In this document: positions 1 through 14,400 of the stretch, piece by piece
Numbering within the stretch: the stretch's first letter is position 1
Layout: every line of letters begins with the position of its first letter
DNA from: Balanoglossus misakiensis
Taxonomy: Eukaryota > Animalia > Hemichordata
Length of the DNA: 64,000 bases
Direction of reading: 5' to 3'
NCBI GenBank assembly: GCA_040954595.2
Contig: CM082577.2
Location: forward strand, 6,783,846-6,847,845
Notes under the pieces: model-generated
Database searches by the model: none
Seen by the model: only the letters and a program-made list of their open reading frames with translations
Told to the model about the DNA's origin: nothing
Made by a program: the position numbers and the translations under genes

Positions 1-447
1 CCTGCGGTGAAAATGGAACGGCTGGTGTTTCTGAAAGCTAGTACAAGGAAACATATCAAAGATTTGCTTGTCATAAAATTATCAAATGTTGTGTTAGAGC
101 AAAATAGCTTCAACTGCATTGCCAAAGCTGTGTGGCTATGTATTAGCAATACTAATTTGACCCCAAAAAATGATTTGGTTAAGGGGATTTTGTAACAGCT
201 TTGTTCAGAACTTCATGCCAAATGTGTCACGCTCACATTAATATATTTGTATAGTGAAATGAATGATAAGTTCATTATCTGTACCTGAAAGTATACTGTG
301 CATTTAAATGAAGGCAGATATTACAAATGGTCCCCTGAACAGCTATCAACATGACCTCTGCAAAGCGGCCAGCTTGTTATGCTGCTATTAATAGAATATG
401 ATCAATTTATTCCTGCCCTGTTTTTAATGGATTGTATTTTTCCCCAG

Positions 448-735
448 GCCACCTATGTTGGTGTGCCTGCATCACCATTACTGCACACGGTACGGATTGT
501 GCACTTCCCTGGCAGATCCTTACCCCGTTCACTGGTGGCAGGGGCTCCCACAATGCCCTGCTGCCGACTAGGGTCGTTGCAAGGTCAGAGAGCAATGAGC
601 TAAGCTATGAATATGAATTAGGTTCAACTCGTCTGCCATGTTACTTGTATCACGTAGTGGAGTTTTTAAGCAAAAGGCATTGGTCTTCCATTGACTGTTA
701 CCAGTCGCATTACAAATGTCATTTACATTGGAAAG
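448..735 (+). CDS. Candidate upstream coding exon (288 nt, phase 1-1), possibly part of TNRC6
   Basis: ttttccccAG acceptor and AAG|GTAAGT donor; open in one frame (HLCWCACITITAHG...HYKCHLHWK). Its end phase matches the phase-1 start of exon 8458. No recognisable homology. Confidence 0.4.
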
Positions 736-3700
736 GTAAGTGTTTCAGTGTCGGCTGACAGTTGTGCGTCTGTCTGGGTGTTGGCAAAGGCGCGGAAAAA
801 ATGGGGGTAGTGCATGAGTGAGCATGTTTCCTCTATAGAGCTCTGACCTAGATAAAATTAAGTATGGCGCACATTACAAGGGCCAGATGTTTATGTACGC
901 GGGGACTTAAAATCATCATGAAAATGATCATTGTGTCTTCTTTCACTCTCACAAATTGTCTTGTAAAGCCGCACCTGAAGTAGTAAAAAAAATGTAAGGT
1001 TTTCAGATGTTGCCAACCCCTTTTAATTTGTGTTTTTCCAAGGCACCTAACATAAACCGGGCACCGATAGGTGTATATATTGTGATCAGTTACTAACCAC
1101 CATTTTGAATAGCTTATCTTAAATTTTCAAACGCCACACCTTTCTGAGGAGAGGAGACATCAAGAAAACGTTCACCAAGCCGTCTTGTCTGTTTTCAAAA
1201 CGCACTCCCGCATTTTAGAATTAACAGTAATCAGTTAAGTTCAGGTGTCAGTGGATTTCCGTGTGTAATTAATTCTGTGTGTGGCCCATGGCGGGAAGTT
1301 GACCTCAGATCACACACAACAGCAGAAAGCGGTGCGTAACCACAGACTAATCGTTCTCAAAATAGATCTGCGCATACAGGATATTGTTGTGTTCACACCT
1401 AGAAATTTATAAATTTGGCTGAACTGTTTTTATATCCAGTTTTCAAAGGTAGGGATGTTTTTTGGATTTATACGAAGACAGTTATATATTATAGAATTTT
1501 CCGTCAGTAGTGTGAGGTCAGATGTGTTTTCAGTGCTGCTGGGCAAAAAATAACAACATGATTGCTTTAATTGATAATGCGTTCAAATCAAAAGCTATGT
1601 TGATAAAATCTTGCGTGTTAAAATATTCTAAATACTTAAAATAGCAAGTTATTTTTCATCATTTTGGTTTAGCATATTGTGTAAAATCAATAGGCAAATG
1701 AAAATAATTTAATGTGTGTAATTTATACAATATTTGTTTGTCTACTGTAGTGTTATTTTATCAATGCAGAAGTGATCGCGTATATCTTATGACCTCATGA
1801 AAAAAACCAGTAAGCTTTATCCCTCGTCATATGAAACAGAACTTACGTGATCTCCTAGGACTCGTCCATATATTCTTTGTTAAGAATTAAAAAGAAAATA
1901 ATTTATCATGATTGTTCTGATCATATCTTATGATCCCACTGTATGTTATCTGATATAATTGTTTGAACCCATTATGACAATATAATGACACAAATCCATT
2001 TCACGACCATCAATCTATTGTGCTTGCAGATTTCATGTGGAAATGGTTTATTCATCAGAATTTAATCCCAGACTTCAGACAAATATGCAGAATGAGATCC
2101 CTGTATTATGAAAACATGGCCCTTCTTGCTGTCTTGAATAAAATGAGAAATTGTAATTTTACGTGTGGTGAATTGAAGTTGTTCGATATCTGAACAGAAT
2201 ACTATATGCAAGATTGCTTCAGTCAGTCTCAGACACGGAATCAGCATGTTCTCCCGTGTACATAAATTTTGAGAAAAAAAGACATAATACCGAGCGATTC
2301 GTGAAGAGAGAATAAGTTTTATCGCATCGTCATCATATCCTAATCGCCAAGCATTGTTTAATGCAAACAGAGTGGCTTTCTATCATTTTCACCAGAAAGG
2401 GAAAGAAGCATGGGCAGAAGAAAAAATCAATAGGTGTAGAGAATACCACTTTCCAGCGACCATTGTCTTTGCCCAATCAATACCCGCAGTTGAACAATTG
2501 ACCGGCCAGCATTTGCTGCTGTTCACCTTGCTGTCAACAGAGTAAAGAAAGATTACATAAAACCATTGGAATCGTCTTGCATTTTGTAGCCTATTCAGTA
2601 TGCAGGAGCTGTGACTGGGGTGGGCGCGTACGGCACAACTGCTTAAAATGGCCCAGTTTTGTTGTGTCAGTTCAGTGCTTGTGTGTACCTGTGTGTTTTG
2701 GCATATATCAAACTGCTGGTTCAGTAATGTGTAGTGTTATGTTCTTGATTGCTTATCTTTTCTGACAGTGGGCATGGTTATATATCTTTGTAAAAAGTTC
2801 AGAGTTTAATAGAAGAAATATTTATTTGTTGTGTGTTCTGCTGTTCATGCCAACACTATTGAAGTGTCTTCCCTAGCAGTGAAAAATAGTGGATTTCTCA
2901 GACAAGGGTAAAAATGTGTTTGTACCATACTTTGAAGGATAATGAGATAAATGCCTGTAACAAGAGGATTCAGCTTCTTTTTGGAGGTCTGCCTCGTCAT
3001 TACATAATTTTTCATTTATTTATATCGGGGAAGGGGCTTTTCAGAAACATGGGGGATTTTTCGAGTAGGAAGGGATAAGAAAGTAGGTGGAATGATACAA
3101 CGCAATTTCACGGAGTAGGTGTTTTTTACCTGTCAGCCCTCAACTACATTCACCAATTGTGGTCGGAGAGCTTATGTAAACAGTCATGGGAGTTTCTGTT
3201 CAGTTGAAGTCACGGCAAGAATGTGGAGTCGTGATGAGACATTTCCGCTGTCTGAAACATGGCGGCGATTTCTACTTTGTTGTGTACTTGGGTTTTTGTC
3301 TGCAGAAAGGCAGGGCAAAACTCGGTCACATCACGGTTATAAAGTCCACCAGGAATAGTCCTGGTACGAATTATGTTGTCAGTGGCGTGTTGTCATAATA
3401 GTGGGGATGCCAAATGTTCGCTGAAACATGCGCCGAAATACCGACAGATGTTGCGAACAGAACAATTTTCAGTTTTTCAAACTGCTGTATCTCTAAAACT
3501 ATTCAGTTTAATTCAACAAAATTTTCGTTAAAAAATTCCCTTTTTAAATCCTGTCATTGGTGAGAAACTCGAAGCCAGAAAAATACAGTGCGACAAGGTT
3601 TCAACATGAACCAAACAAGCCCAGTATTCCTAGTCATAGCAACAATACTGTTTCAAGTACTGTGGAGCAAGAAGGCACAGTGAGGTTATGTTTATTGATT

Positions 3701-6700
3701 GCTGGAACATAACTCAGAAAGGTATTATGGGATTTTGCATTTCTAAGCACTAGAGACTGCCCCGATACAATATGCCAGGCAGACATCAGACTGTCATGTC
3801 TCATCTGTATTATAAGACTTGTTTAACTCCCGTTCATTGAAACGACAACAAACTAATTTACAGTAGATCGTAAGTGTTGCCATGGAGACGAGCCATTCTA
3901 TGATGAGCTGTAATTTGCCCTGTTGCGGTCAGCACTTCCTCAGAAGCAATTTTCATGCACGTCACTGGAAAATCTTATCTCTGTCACTTGTACTCTTATT
4001 TTGAAAGGCCTTCACATCATCATAGCCTAGAAAAAAAAGATACTGAAACTCAGAATCTTCAAGTGGCTGATAATCACACAAAATTCAAAAGATTAACTGA
4101 AACATTGTAATTTAAGCCTTATACGTTCAGTATTACTTGGTTGTGAAAAAAGAGTGAAGAAAACCGTGATCAGAATGTTGCCAGGGAAATTGTATTTGCT
4201 CAGAATACACATCATAGACCCTGAGTACAGTACTGCATCTCATAAATTTGAATGCCAACTTAAGTGAAAACGCAGTAAAATTTTAAGGCAGAGACAATGA
4301 AAATAACACTGAGTTGGTTTCTTTATCCTGGGAAACCTGCATAAATTTTTTTACGAGTTATATATTTGATGGTATTTGACATGGGACTATAATAAAGTGA
4401 TGTAGTGGGTAATTCCTTTTGCAATCTCTGGAGGTAAAGTCTGTAGACAGTGCGGGATAACCTAGATCTGACTGTTGTATGTGTTGAGTGAAATTTAAAA
4501 ACATGTGTAAATCAGTCCGCATGTTAAGAAACTGTCTTCATATTTTGAGTGTCCGAGATGTTCCTTTGTACAGGAAAGAGGAAAGTTTGCCTTGACAGCT
4601 ATCTATAAGTAATACTTGACCTTTATAATTTTAATAGCATCATAAAAACGAGGCATTTACCTTTCATAGTTTGAAATTTATTTGGGTAAGCACTCTCTTC
4701 CCTTCAGTAGACATGACTCTATTCAGAGAGATAGTGTGCCTTCACTGACACAGGAATATGTAAATCAGTGGTGAAATGCCTCAGAGCATGGGACATGGAT
4801 GAAAAGTGGTGCCACTATCTGAGTGACGTCAGGAACCACCTTTGTTATTTTGATGAATTGCCTGATGCTGGTTAGATGCAGTTTCCGCGTACTTGCTATT
4901 AGCATGCAGCCGTGTGAAGAAAATAATTGACCTGCTTACGGTCCGTGTAGCTACAGTGGCCCCTGTCTAATTTACATACTTAACGCGTTAGAACTCATCC
5001 AGTTAGACCTGGAGATGTATTCGCGCTTCCAAGTTGACCTGACGAGGTGTAAATTGTGGTCAGTCAGCTAAGCTGCCACCCAGTAGCAGTCTTATTGACC
5101 AAGAACAATTAGGAATGTCATAAAAACTATTTCGAGTGTCATTGCCAAGAGGACCTATAACCCGCTGATCAACAAGGTCATCTCCTTGATGTGTTGCCAC
5201 AAAAATGGTTTCTAAACCAGCTGTACGTGTGTAATCTGATAAAAATGTCAGTCAAATTTGGATCATGACCGCAAAAAAATATAAATCGTACCAGAAGAGA
5301 GGACAGGTACACATTGCAGTGTTTGTTAATTCTTAATGAATGCAGAAATTAATTTTCTTCATTCCCAAATTAAAACAAAGTTCTAATGTAGGTAGATGTA
5401 TAGATATAAGATATTAATAATTTTTATGATTAAATTTAGCTTCTGTCACCCCTAGTGTTACTTCCTTCAAGCATGCAAAAAAGGAAGTTTGACAACAAAC
5501 AAAATGTCTCCATAACATATATGACCTCTAGCTTCCTGTAAGTTAATTCAGGAATCATGACTAAATGTAATGAGATATAGGTTTAAAAATAGTCTACAAA
5601 TTGCTTGATAGGCATGAGTCTTGGGATGTTATATTTATTACATATCTGTGAAATCTGTATGTCGACGGCTTGTCATAATTTGGCGGACATGGATGCATGA
5701 GACAGGTAGATTTAGATTTGAGGGCGATTGTAGTATCTTGAGTCTGTTTCTGAAGCGCATGAGGCCCCGCGGTGGGAGAGGCACAGACTCTTGTCAACTG
5801 GAAATCATAGATGTTTATATGGAATTCTGATAAATACCTCGCATATGAATACACTACCGCAAAAGCTTGGAGGCGTGTGGTAAATTTCGGAATAATTTCA
5901 TAGCGTGTTGGAGCGTCCGTTTTTGTTACATCATGGGTATTTTTTTTTGCAACAATACGCGATAAATAGCACAGTGTTGTCAGTGGCTTGTGGGGGTCGA
6001 AGTGCTATCTCATCTGAAAATACCTTGTCCGAGCCCACGCATTCATTTACAACACGACAACATTCAGCATATTTCTACAGACTGCCCTGACCACTGTGCA
6101 TACACAAATAAATGATCTCCAAATTGTAAGATGCATATTTTGATTAAATTCTATAAATTGAGTCTTGACGGAATCAGTGTGTACAATACCAGTAATACAC
6201 TCAACACCTTGCAAATGTTTATTAGTCTCACCTTTTCCCCCTTTGTTTATACAGACTAAATATAAAAACCTTGCCATTGGTCATAACCAACTCTCAGGTC
6301 TGTCATGTCAAGTGGGTGTTGGTAGTGTTTCCAGCCCTGCCCATGTAATTTTCCCTCATGTCACAGTCATGTCCGTGTTCTGTGGTTGCTGATGGAAATA
6401 TTGCACCCTTCACTGCAATCAAGTCCTGTGACTGCAATAATAATTGCATGAACGGCTACAAGTGTGAACTCCGTACATGAACATGCTGTCATCATATCTA
6501 ATCTTTATTGCATTGTGATTTCACTTCAGTAAGACTAATAAAATATCAAAGTGTTGTATTTCATGTAGATTAATAAAAAATTATCCTGTCTTTGCAATTG
6601 GAATTATTTCAGTTCGCATTTGGTTCGATGTTCACAGGTGGTAATTTACAACCAAACTCGGCCAAGTCATATCACACACCCTATAAGCTTATTAAAAAAT

Positions 6701-8457
6701 AAAATTCAGTTAGCTACAACCCAAATAATAACAGAAAACTTCAATGATTGGAAGTCAATCGAAATGAAATGCTTGAATACATTGTCAATAAATCATGAAA
6801 CAAATTTTAATAGTAGATTAGATGTGATTTGGGCCCATTTTATACTCCCATTAATAATTGCAGTGATGGTTTGCCAGAAACTGGCTTTTTCATTTTCTTT
6901 CAAGCAATACAATGAAACTTGTAGACATATTTGCCACCAATGATTAAGAGGACTATTTGTAAGAACTTGGTGCGTCGTTATAGTCTTGCATTAAAATGCA
7001 CAGCGCACATCTCTCAGACAGTAGAAGTAGAAATCCAACTACATTAGTGTTTGCCTGTTGAAAGGAAATATTGGATTACCCAGCATGACCAGTATGATGT
7101 TGTGAGTGTGTACAAGTTCCGTGGTTAATGGAGAGCCTTCTTGTCTTGAATGGTTTGATGTGTGAAATGTTGAGGGTGCTGTGACCATCCAACCATGACA
7201 GGCAGCATACACAGAGCACAATCGCCAATGGATATCGATTGGCACAGAGGGTGAATTTTCATAAATGCGTCAAAAATCTGTCATCTATAAGTATTTCTAG
7301 TCATATCATTCAGTGTTAGATTTGGAAGAAAATGAAATCAAAACGCGAGACCACAACCGTGATCACTGAGTTTTATGTCCCCATTCGAAAGTCAAGACAG
7401 ACACATTGAACAAACTTGGCTGGTGTTTGATTAATTGAATCCCCTAAACAGATAAGCAAGCAATTGCAAAATATTTCTGCTGTGGTTCAGAGATTATTCC
7501 AGTGTCAGTGTCTGTGCCACTAACATTCTTCTGACCGCAAACAGATGATATTCCAACCCTAATCACCATCCTGACCTCATGTCTAGTAGCATTGTTATCA
7601 AAATAATGATGAGACCATAACCTGCAGCTGTCTCGGCTGTAATAAATATTTCATCGCTACTCGGGTAGTCTCATCCACCAAGCTGTTGGTACCGTCTTCT
7701 GTCCACGACTCCCTCCTTTTTACCGAGAACATTCTTGAATTTTAAGCGCTGTATTCATCTGCTTCGTGAACTCAACATTCTTCCCCGCTGCGCTGGTGGC
7801 GTGATGATATCCCTACGTGATGTAATTGATATCTGTCGTAACACAGCCGCACTGCTGTAACTCAGAGGCATAGAATGTTTGAAATGGGGTGTCGGGATGT
7901 GAAAGTATGAGTGCTATTTTGTTGGTGGCTTTTGCTGGCTTGGGTGTTTGTGAGTGTTCGTGAGCTGTACTGCCTGTGTCGGAGTGGTGGTGGCTCTAGT
8001 GATTGCCACTGGTGAGTCGTGAGTTTCCCTGGTTTATATGTCACGGTCACTACCAGGGAGTGGATGACACACCTGAAACACACCTGCTTCAAATTTCAAG
8101 AGAGTACTTTCATGCTTGTGGAGTGTTGCATCGCCAGTTTTCGTTGAGAGACGACACTGTTTACAGATCTTGTCCTTTGGAACAGGTCAAGACCTGGCAT
8201 TCTGTACGCTGTGTTTACTGTCATATGTACGCTGGGGCCTCACTAAATCTTAACGAGTTGTCATCCCCTGAGGACAATCCTGTTTTCACCTGAATACTAC
8301 AGAAATTTGGTGAAATGTCTACAAATGTGATAAATGTCATCATGTTTTAAAATATTTTTATATGAATACGTTTGAGATGTGCAGTCTTGTTTTTTTTTTA
8401 AATTCTTTTTTAATAATAATTAAACTAATCAGGATTTATTTTATGTTGCTTTTTCAG

Positions 8458-11400
8458 ACAATGACTATAAAGACTTAGATTGTGAACAGGTAAGTGTCCT
8501 GAATTGTTTTTTAAGATATCCCTTGGAGACCTTCCTAAGGGTGTGTAATCATAATTTATTGTATAGAATATTATCCTTTCTCCAACCCTTCAAACGAAAC
8601 ATTTCTGTCAGATTCTTCAATTCAGTGGCGTGTCGCGGTGTTTGCTTTTTGATAGGGAAACGCAGCACCACCGGTAGCTGGAAATTTGATTCCTAACTAG
8701 CTACCCATGATTAATTTCTAGTCCGATTGTGAAATATATCCCTCAACCTCCAGAAACTGCAGAAATGGTTCGTTACCTCGGCTAATTATGTCAAATAACA
8801 TTAGCACAACATGGTGCAGAATTAATGACATCATGGGGATACGATTGACTAAGACTAGTAAGAGCGTACTCATTAATTTTCTCTCTGTGTCTCCGTTTCA
8901 GGTATTTTATAGGCTCTTTGAAGATGTGCTATTATGCAAGAAATCAGGTGAGTGTTTTGTCTCTCAGGACATTGTGAAGTGACGCCATTTTGGTATGTGT
9001 GCTACCATCCGCTGACGTATGATTCGTTAATAGGGTATGGGTTTCCTTGACGCAGAACGTCTTTATTTAGCTCGGCCTGAAAGACCCTTAGCGCGGAAAT
9101 CACGTGAAATGATTGTCATCTTCGCAGACTGCATCCGGTTGCCTTTCGTGGTGTCACGGTATTTTGTCCATCAGCTTGTGGCTGGCAATATTTAAGTTTT
9201 GTCAAAAAAGCCGTAAGTCGTCATCTCTATATTGTTAATGGGGCGTAAACCATGTATCCGTGATGATCAGTATGCAATGCCCTTACTCGAGCCACACTAG
9301 GGCGTTGCTTATACATGCTGGCTTGGTAATATCGTATTGACGCTTGATTGATTCAACTGTTGATCTGTGTTGCATTGTCCAGTTAGTTATTCCGCATGTT
9401 CTGGTCAACAGCCGAATTGGTCCTAGTTGCTGTGTAGTCAGGCCAGCTGATGCCGGTGTTCAGATTTCAATACTGTCACCCAATATCAGTATCAGATAAT
9501 TTAATTTCTTGGGAATTTTCTGAAATTTCTGAACCCGGTTATTAGCATTATTATAACAACTTTTAATTTTACGGCTGTAGTTGTTATACTCTTCCCATTT
9601 CATGTGTTCGTCTTGCTTTGAGCGTTCTCAGATTTTGTCACAGGTCATTCAAATTAAATGCAGATGATTTATATCTGTATCATTGTGTGTGTACATGTTA
9701 TTAATGTAATATTAATATTTTGCCATTTTCCCTGTGCATTATTTGTGATTTCACCAGATATTGGAGTATTCGTGTTCTTCGCTGCCGGCCAAAAACATTC
9801 TCAGTCTTATGACGACATGTCAATGTACATTGACGATGAAGAAGAGGAGGACGCTGGAGAAAAAGAATATGACTCCTTTGTTCAAATAATCAAGGTGAGT
9901 GTTATCTGTCACGTTCATTGATGAATGCCACACATTTCATGGTCACTTTTTTGTATTCCGTGAAACGTCAGAGAAATGAGACACGAATGAGTCCAGAAGC
10001 TTCCCTTGGTTCGTGTTTACATGGGAAATGGAAACACCCATTTGTCATTTCATAATTTGCTGTATTGAAGAAAAAAACAAACATTCTTTGCCAAATTAAA
10101 TCATGATACAAGTGTTAGGGGAGAATACCAGATTGTTAAAATTTTTCAATAGAGATAAAATAACTATTTACATACAGATAAATGTAAGAATTTTCTGTCT
10201 AAGAGGGATTTCAAACTCAAAGCATATAATTTGAGGAAATTTAAAATGGGTAAAATTCACCTGAGTGGTCAAATGTACATGTTGTTGGATTTTTTTATTT
10301 CTTCACCGGAATAAGCACATCAGTGCATAGTCCTACATAAATTGATAATGGCAGTCTTTGGGTGTAAACAGAGGTCATCGTTACCTGACAACCCTCAGAG
10401 TGTGAGTCTTAGGTCAGATGCATACATTTGCATGTATTAGCATATATTACCACTGGAAATGTTTGATTGGCTTGTTTTGCGCTGTGTGCGCTCGTTCATA
10501 CCTCGGCAACTTGTTTATCCACTCCGAGCGGAGGAAGTGGATGTTGAATTTCATGGGAGATTTCTTCGGTTTTTCTTTATAAATATAAATATAAATTTGA
10601 CGAATGAAAACGATTAAAGTAGATATCATGTACCAATGAAATGTTTGTTTCTGATGATTTTACAGAATAGTAGGAGTAAAGGCAAGCAAGTACCAGAACA
10701 GTTTACAAAGGAAAAACTGGACAATTTGAGAGAAGTATTAATAAAAGAAAGAGAAGCATTAAAACTTGACAAGGCAAAAAAGGTGAGTGTCTTCAAAAAC
10801 AACGTCTAGACTATCTGTGTTCATACCATGGCAATGTGAAAGAGTGATGCTGATTGATTGAGGAGCAGCTGTTTGTGATGTGTAGGGTTTCACCAGCCAA
10901 TGAGGGCGTTTCTTTTATGTAGTCGGTGAGAAAAGGTGGCTGTAGGTTACTTATGATAGATTATCAGGAGTATTTATTGTGCAATTTCACACTGTGTGAT
11001 GGTGAGTGATCTATTAAACTTAACTCATCTGTGATTGTAAGTTATAAGTATTTGAAATAAATAGGCATGGTAAAACAAGCATCTGAAATCTTTCATCCCA
11101 GCTTTCAGATTTATTTCTGAATAAATGGCTGTGGTTTCAGTTTTACAAGACCCAGCAGTGAACTGCAATGAAAATAAATTATATGGCAATCAGTCAATTG
11201 CTCACAGTGTTTGGGAATGTTGAATGAAAATTGCAACATTCTGGAAGAAAAAAGATGATGGGATGAAAAATGACAATAAAAAATGTATAGAATTTTCGAT
11301 CATCTTCCACCGCCATGACAATAATATAGTTTACATGTGTATTTGTTGGTATTATTTTTCTAACTGTACCCTTTTTGGACCCATTGTAATATTCTTTATG

Positions 11401-14400
11401 TAGTATGTATGTGTGTGTATATGTCTGTATCAGTTTTCTGATGTCAAATTACGTCACCATGAAGTCTTCCCCATGTCTCTTCGTTTCAGACTCTGGGCGG
11501 TGATACTTTCTCTACTCATAAAAATTGTCTATTTCCTGTCCGTAGGAGTGATTGACTTCCACAGTTAAATCACGAAAAATTCTGTTCTTGTTCTAGGTGT
11601 TGTCCAACCAATGTCTCAACATATGTGTAGTCTGTCTGTGTTTCAATTATAAACTGGGGAAAAAATGGGAATTAAGTTTGTGGTTACTTGTGAAATTGAA
11701 ATTTTCTCTTCTGAAAATATTCCTTTATTTTCTCTGTGTTTTGATTGTCACTGTGAAGCAGTAGTGACCAAATTGGTAACACTCACAGACTTGCAGAATG
11801 TTTTGTACCTACCGGTAATGCATATATAGTCGCATACTTTTCACACACCCCTCCCCAATGAAAGTTCAGTAAACCATATGTAGATGGCCAAATTAAAGCG
11901 CATTTGTGAGCCGATTTAAAATGATGAATGCTAGCTAATGGCTTAAAGTGGTCGTCATTGTTTCTTCATAGCTGTAGTCTCACACACACATACTTTTCAA
12001 GATTTCCCCCAAGATATCTTAGGACTTGTACAAGACACTAGATTCTGAAATATCTTCTTTAGTAAAACCAACTGCTTCATTCTACAATTTAAGCCTGAGA
12101 AAATTTCACAAATGTGGAGTAAATAAATTTCAATTCTTTCTATCTTCCTATCCCCCTTCCTCTTTTGTTTTTATGTCGGGTTTAAATTATTTTACCTCAA
12201 TATCTGAACATGAACAGTGAATGGCTAAATTCCTATGTCTTGAGTCTTATACAATGTATTTCACTGAAAATTTGATTATGAATATGAGACACGTCTGATC
12301 AGCAGTTGAAAATGATAGGGGAAAAAAGAGACTTAGCTCTAGTAAAATTTATGCTACAGTTGGTGATCTCACAACAATTTTTCATAATTACAAAAGATTT
12401 TTTTTTAAATGTGAGCGTACAGCTTATGATCAAGCAAAGAGGCCAGTTTTGCTGTCTAGCTGTTAAGCATTTGTCAAGCGAGCATGAGCCCTCTGACACT
12501 GGCTAGTCAGTGTGTAAATGCCCTGTGCTGACAAGTCTGTGTGTGTGAATTGCTTTGCAGCAGTCTGGAAAGAAATCCAAACAGCAATCAGTGCCTGTCA
12601 GTAAGGTAATTTCCAAACAATCATATTTCTGTTACCCCACTTTTTATTTTACCTTTTTTTTTAAATCCCTGGTTAATACAAAAGAGACAGTGACTCTTTG
12701 AAGTACATTTTGCCTTGCTTTAAAATTAGAAAGAATCGATCAGCAAACTCTGGCTGTCAGGATTGCATGTTAGAGTGAGACAGATGACGTCGCACATGGT
12801 GCATTGTGAAATGAACATAATCGTAATCCATTGTTTATTTCAGTTTTTGATATCCGATAAATGATGAGCGATGATTTGTTGGTTTGTATTAAAAAACACA
12901 CTGCGTGTTTCAACGTGTAATTTTCTTTTTTTTCACCATATAGCTTCCTCATACAGCCAGGTTATGCCACTCTGGGAAGGAGACGGGCACCAGAATGTGT
13001 GTGCGTGGGATTTGGGAGTGGTCGGTGTTTTTGCAGGAATGAGCTGGTGATTGGGACTGACCTGTATTTTTTTGTTCTCTCTATCTCTCTCTGTTTTCTG
13101 AACTTCTGTAGCCAAAGCAGAAATCAAAAAAGCAGCTGAAAGCAGAGCAACGTCGGCGTGAGAAGGAGATGCTAGAGATTGCGAACGACTTAAAAGAAAA
13201 AGCTAAAGTTGATCAAGAGAAACTCGAGAAAAGAAAACAGGTGAGACAGGCTAGAGCTCGTTCGAAGACCAGATGTGGTACATAGTGGCAATCACTGTTA
13301 TGTTAAAAACTGAAGTGAGAACAGTGAATGTGACGTGGAACATGATCTGTTGGTGGCAGTGATTTGATTGTTGTGCATCCCATACAAGCCAACCATGCAG
13401 TTCCTTTCATCTTGTCAACAGGCTGAACAAGAGAAACAAAAGAGGCTTGAGGAGGAAAGACAGAAACAAGTTGAAGAAGAAAGAAAACGAAAAGAGAGGT
13501 AATTATTAAAAACAGAATCATAATGATTACTAGTACTCAAGAAGTGTGAAATATTTAGAGGGAGTGTTCTCTGTTAAGACAACTTCCCCGCAATCTCTTC
13601 CCTGAAAGACTTTGGATAGTGGACTGATCCCATTGTTTTTATTGGGTTAGGGAATGAGTCTTGTAGACTTTACCTGTGGTGTAGGTGGGGAGGGGTGGGT
13701 TGAAGAGAGAGGAGTGGGCATGTTGGGGACATGGTAGATTACATGTGCAACATTTTGTTCATTCAATGAAACTAACATTAAAAGACTTATGGGCAGGCTC
13801 ATACCAATATGTTGTCCCCTGTTATCGTAGTTGATTTTATGATCATTTTGATGTGTTGCGTCCGACAGAGAAAGCGAACTCAAAGCACAAAAGGAAGCCG
13901 AAGAGAGAAAGAGGATAGAGATCCTCGAACGAGAAAGTGAGCGCCAGCTGGATATGGAAGAAGAAGCTGAGCGCAGAAAGCAACAGGAATTAAAGAAGAA
14001 AGAAAAAGAGAAGTTGAAGAAGAAGGAAGCAGAAGCTAAGAAGGTATCAATATTATGGTTCAATACCTTTTTTCTGTGTGTAGGAGGAAATCAAGGTATT
14101 TTACAGGATTCAATTTCAGACCTACCGCATGTGAAGAAGCAAGTCTTTGTATGAAACCATTCGGCTAAATCCGCATCCCCAAAAGATGTTTTAATAACTG
14201 AAATAAGTCACAGGCGTACCTTCACTCGCATGATATAAGTACATAACAGACAGACAAACACAAACACACATAAATACGTACAGAACGATTTCCCATTGCT
14301 CAACTGAGTGAAAGATTGCCTCAGGGACTGGCTACCAACTCGGAACAGAAAATCCCAGCAGAACCTGCCACCACGGTCCTTACCAGACTTATAGTTTACA

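Noticed and set aside
900-7800. Short ORFs and possible transposon remnants in the long upstream intron
   Set aside because: No transposase or reverse-transcriptase motifs, and no terminal repeats that I could delimit.
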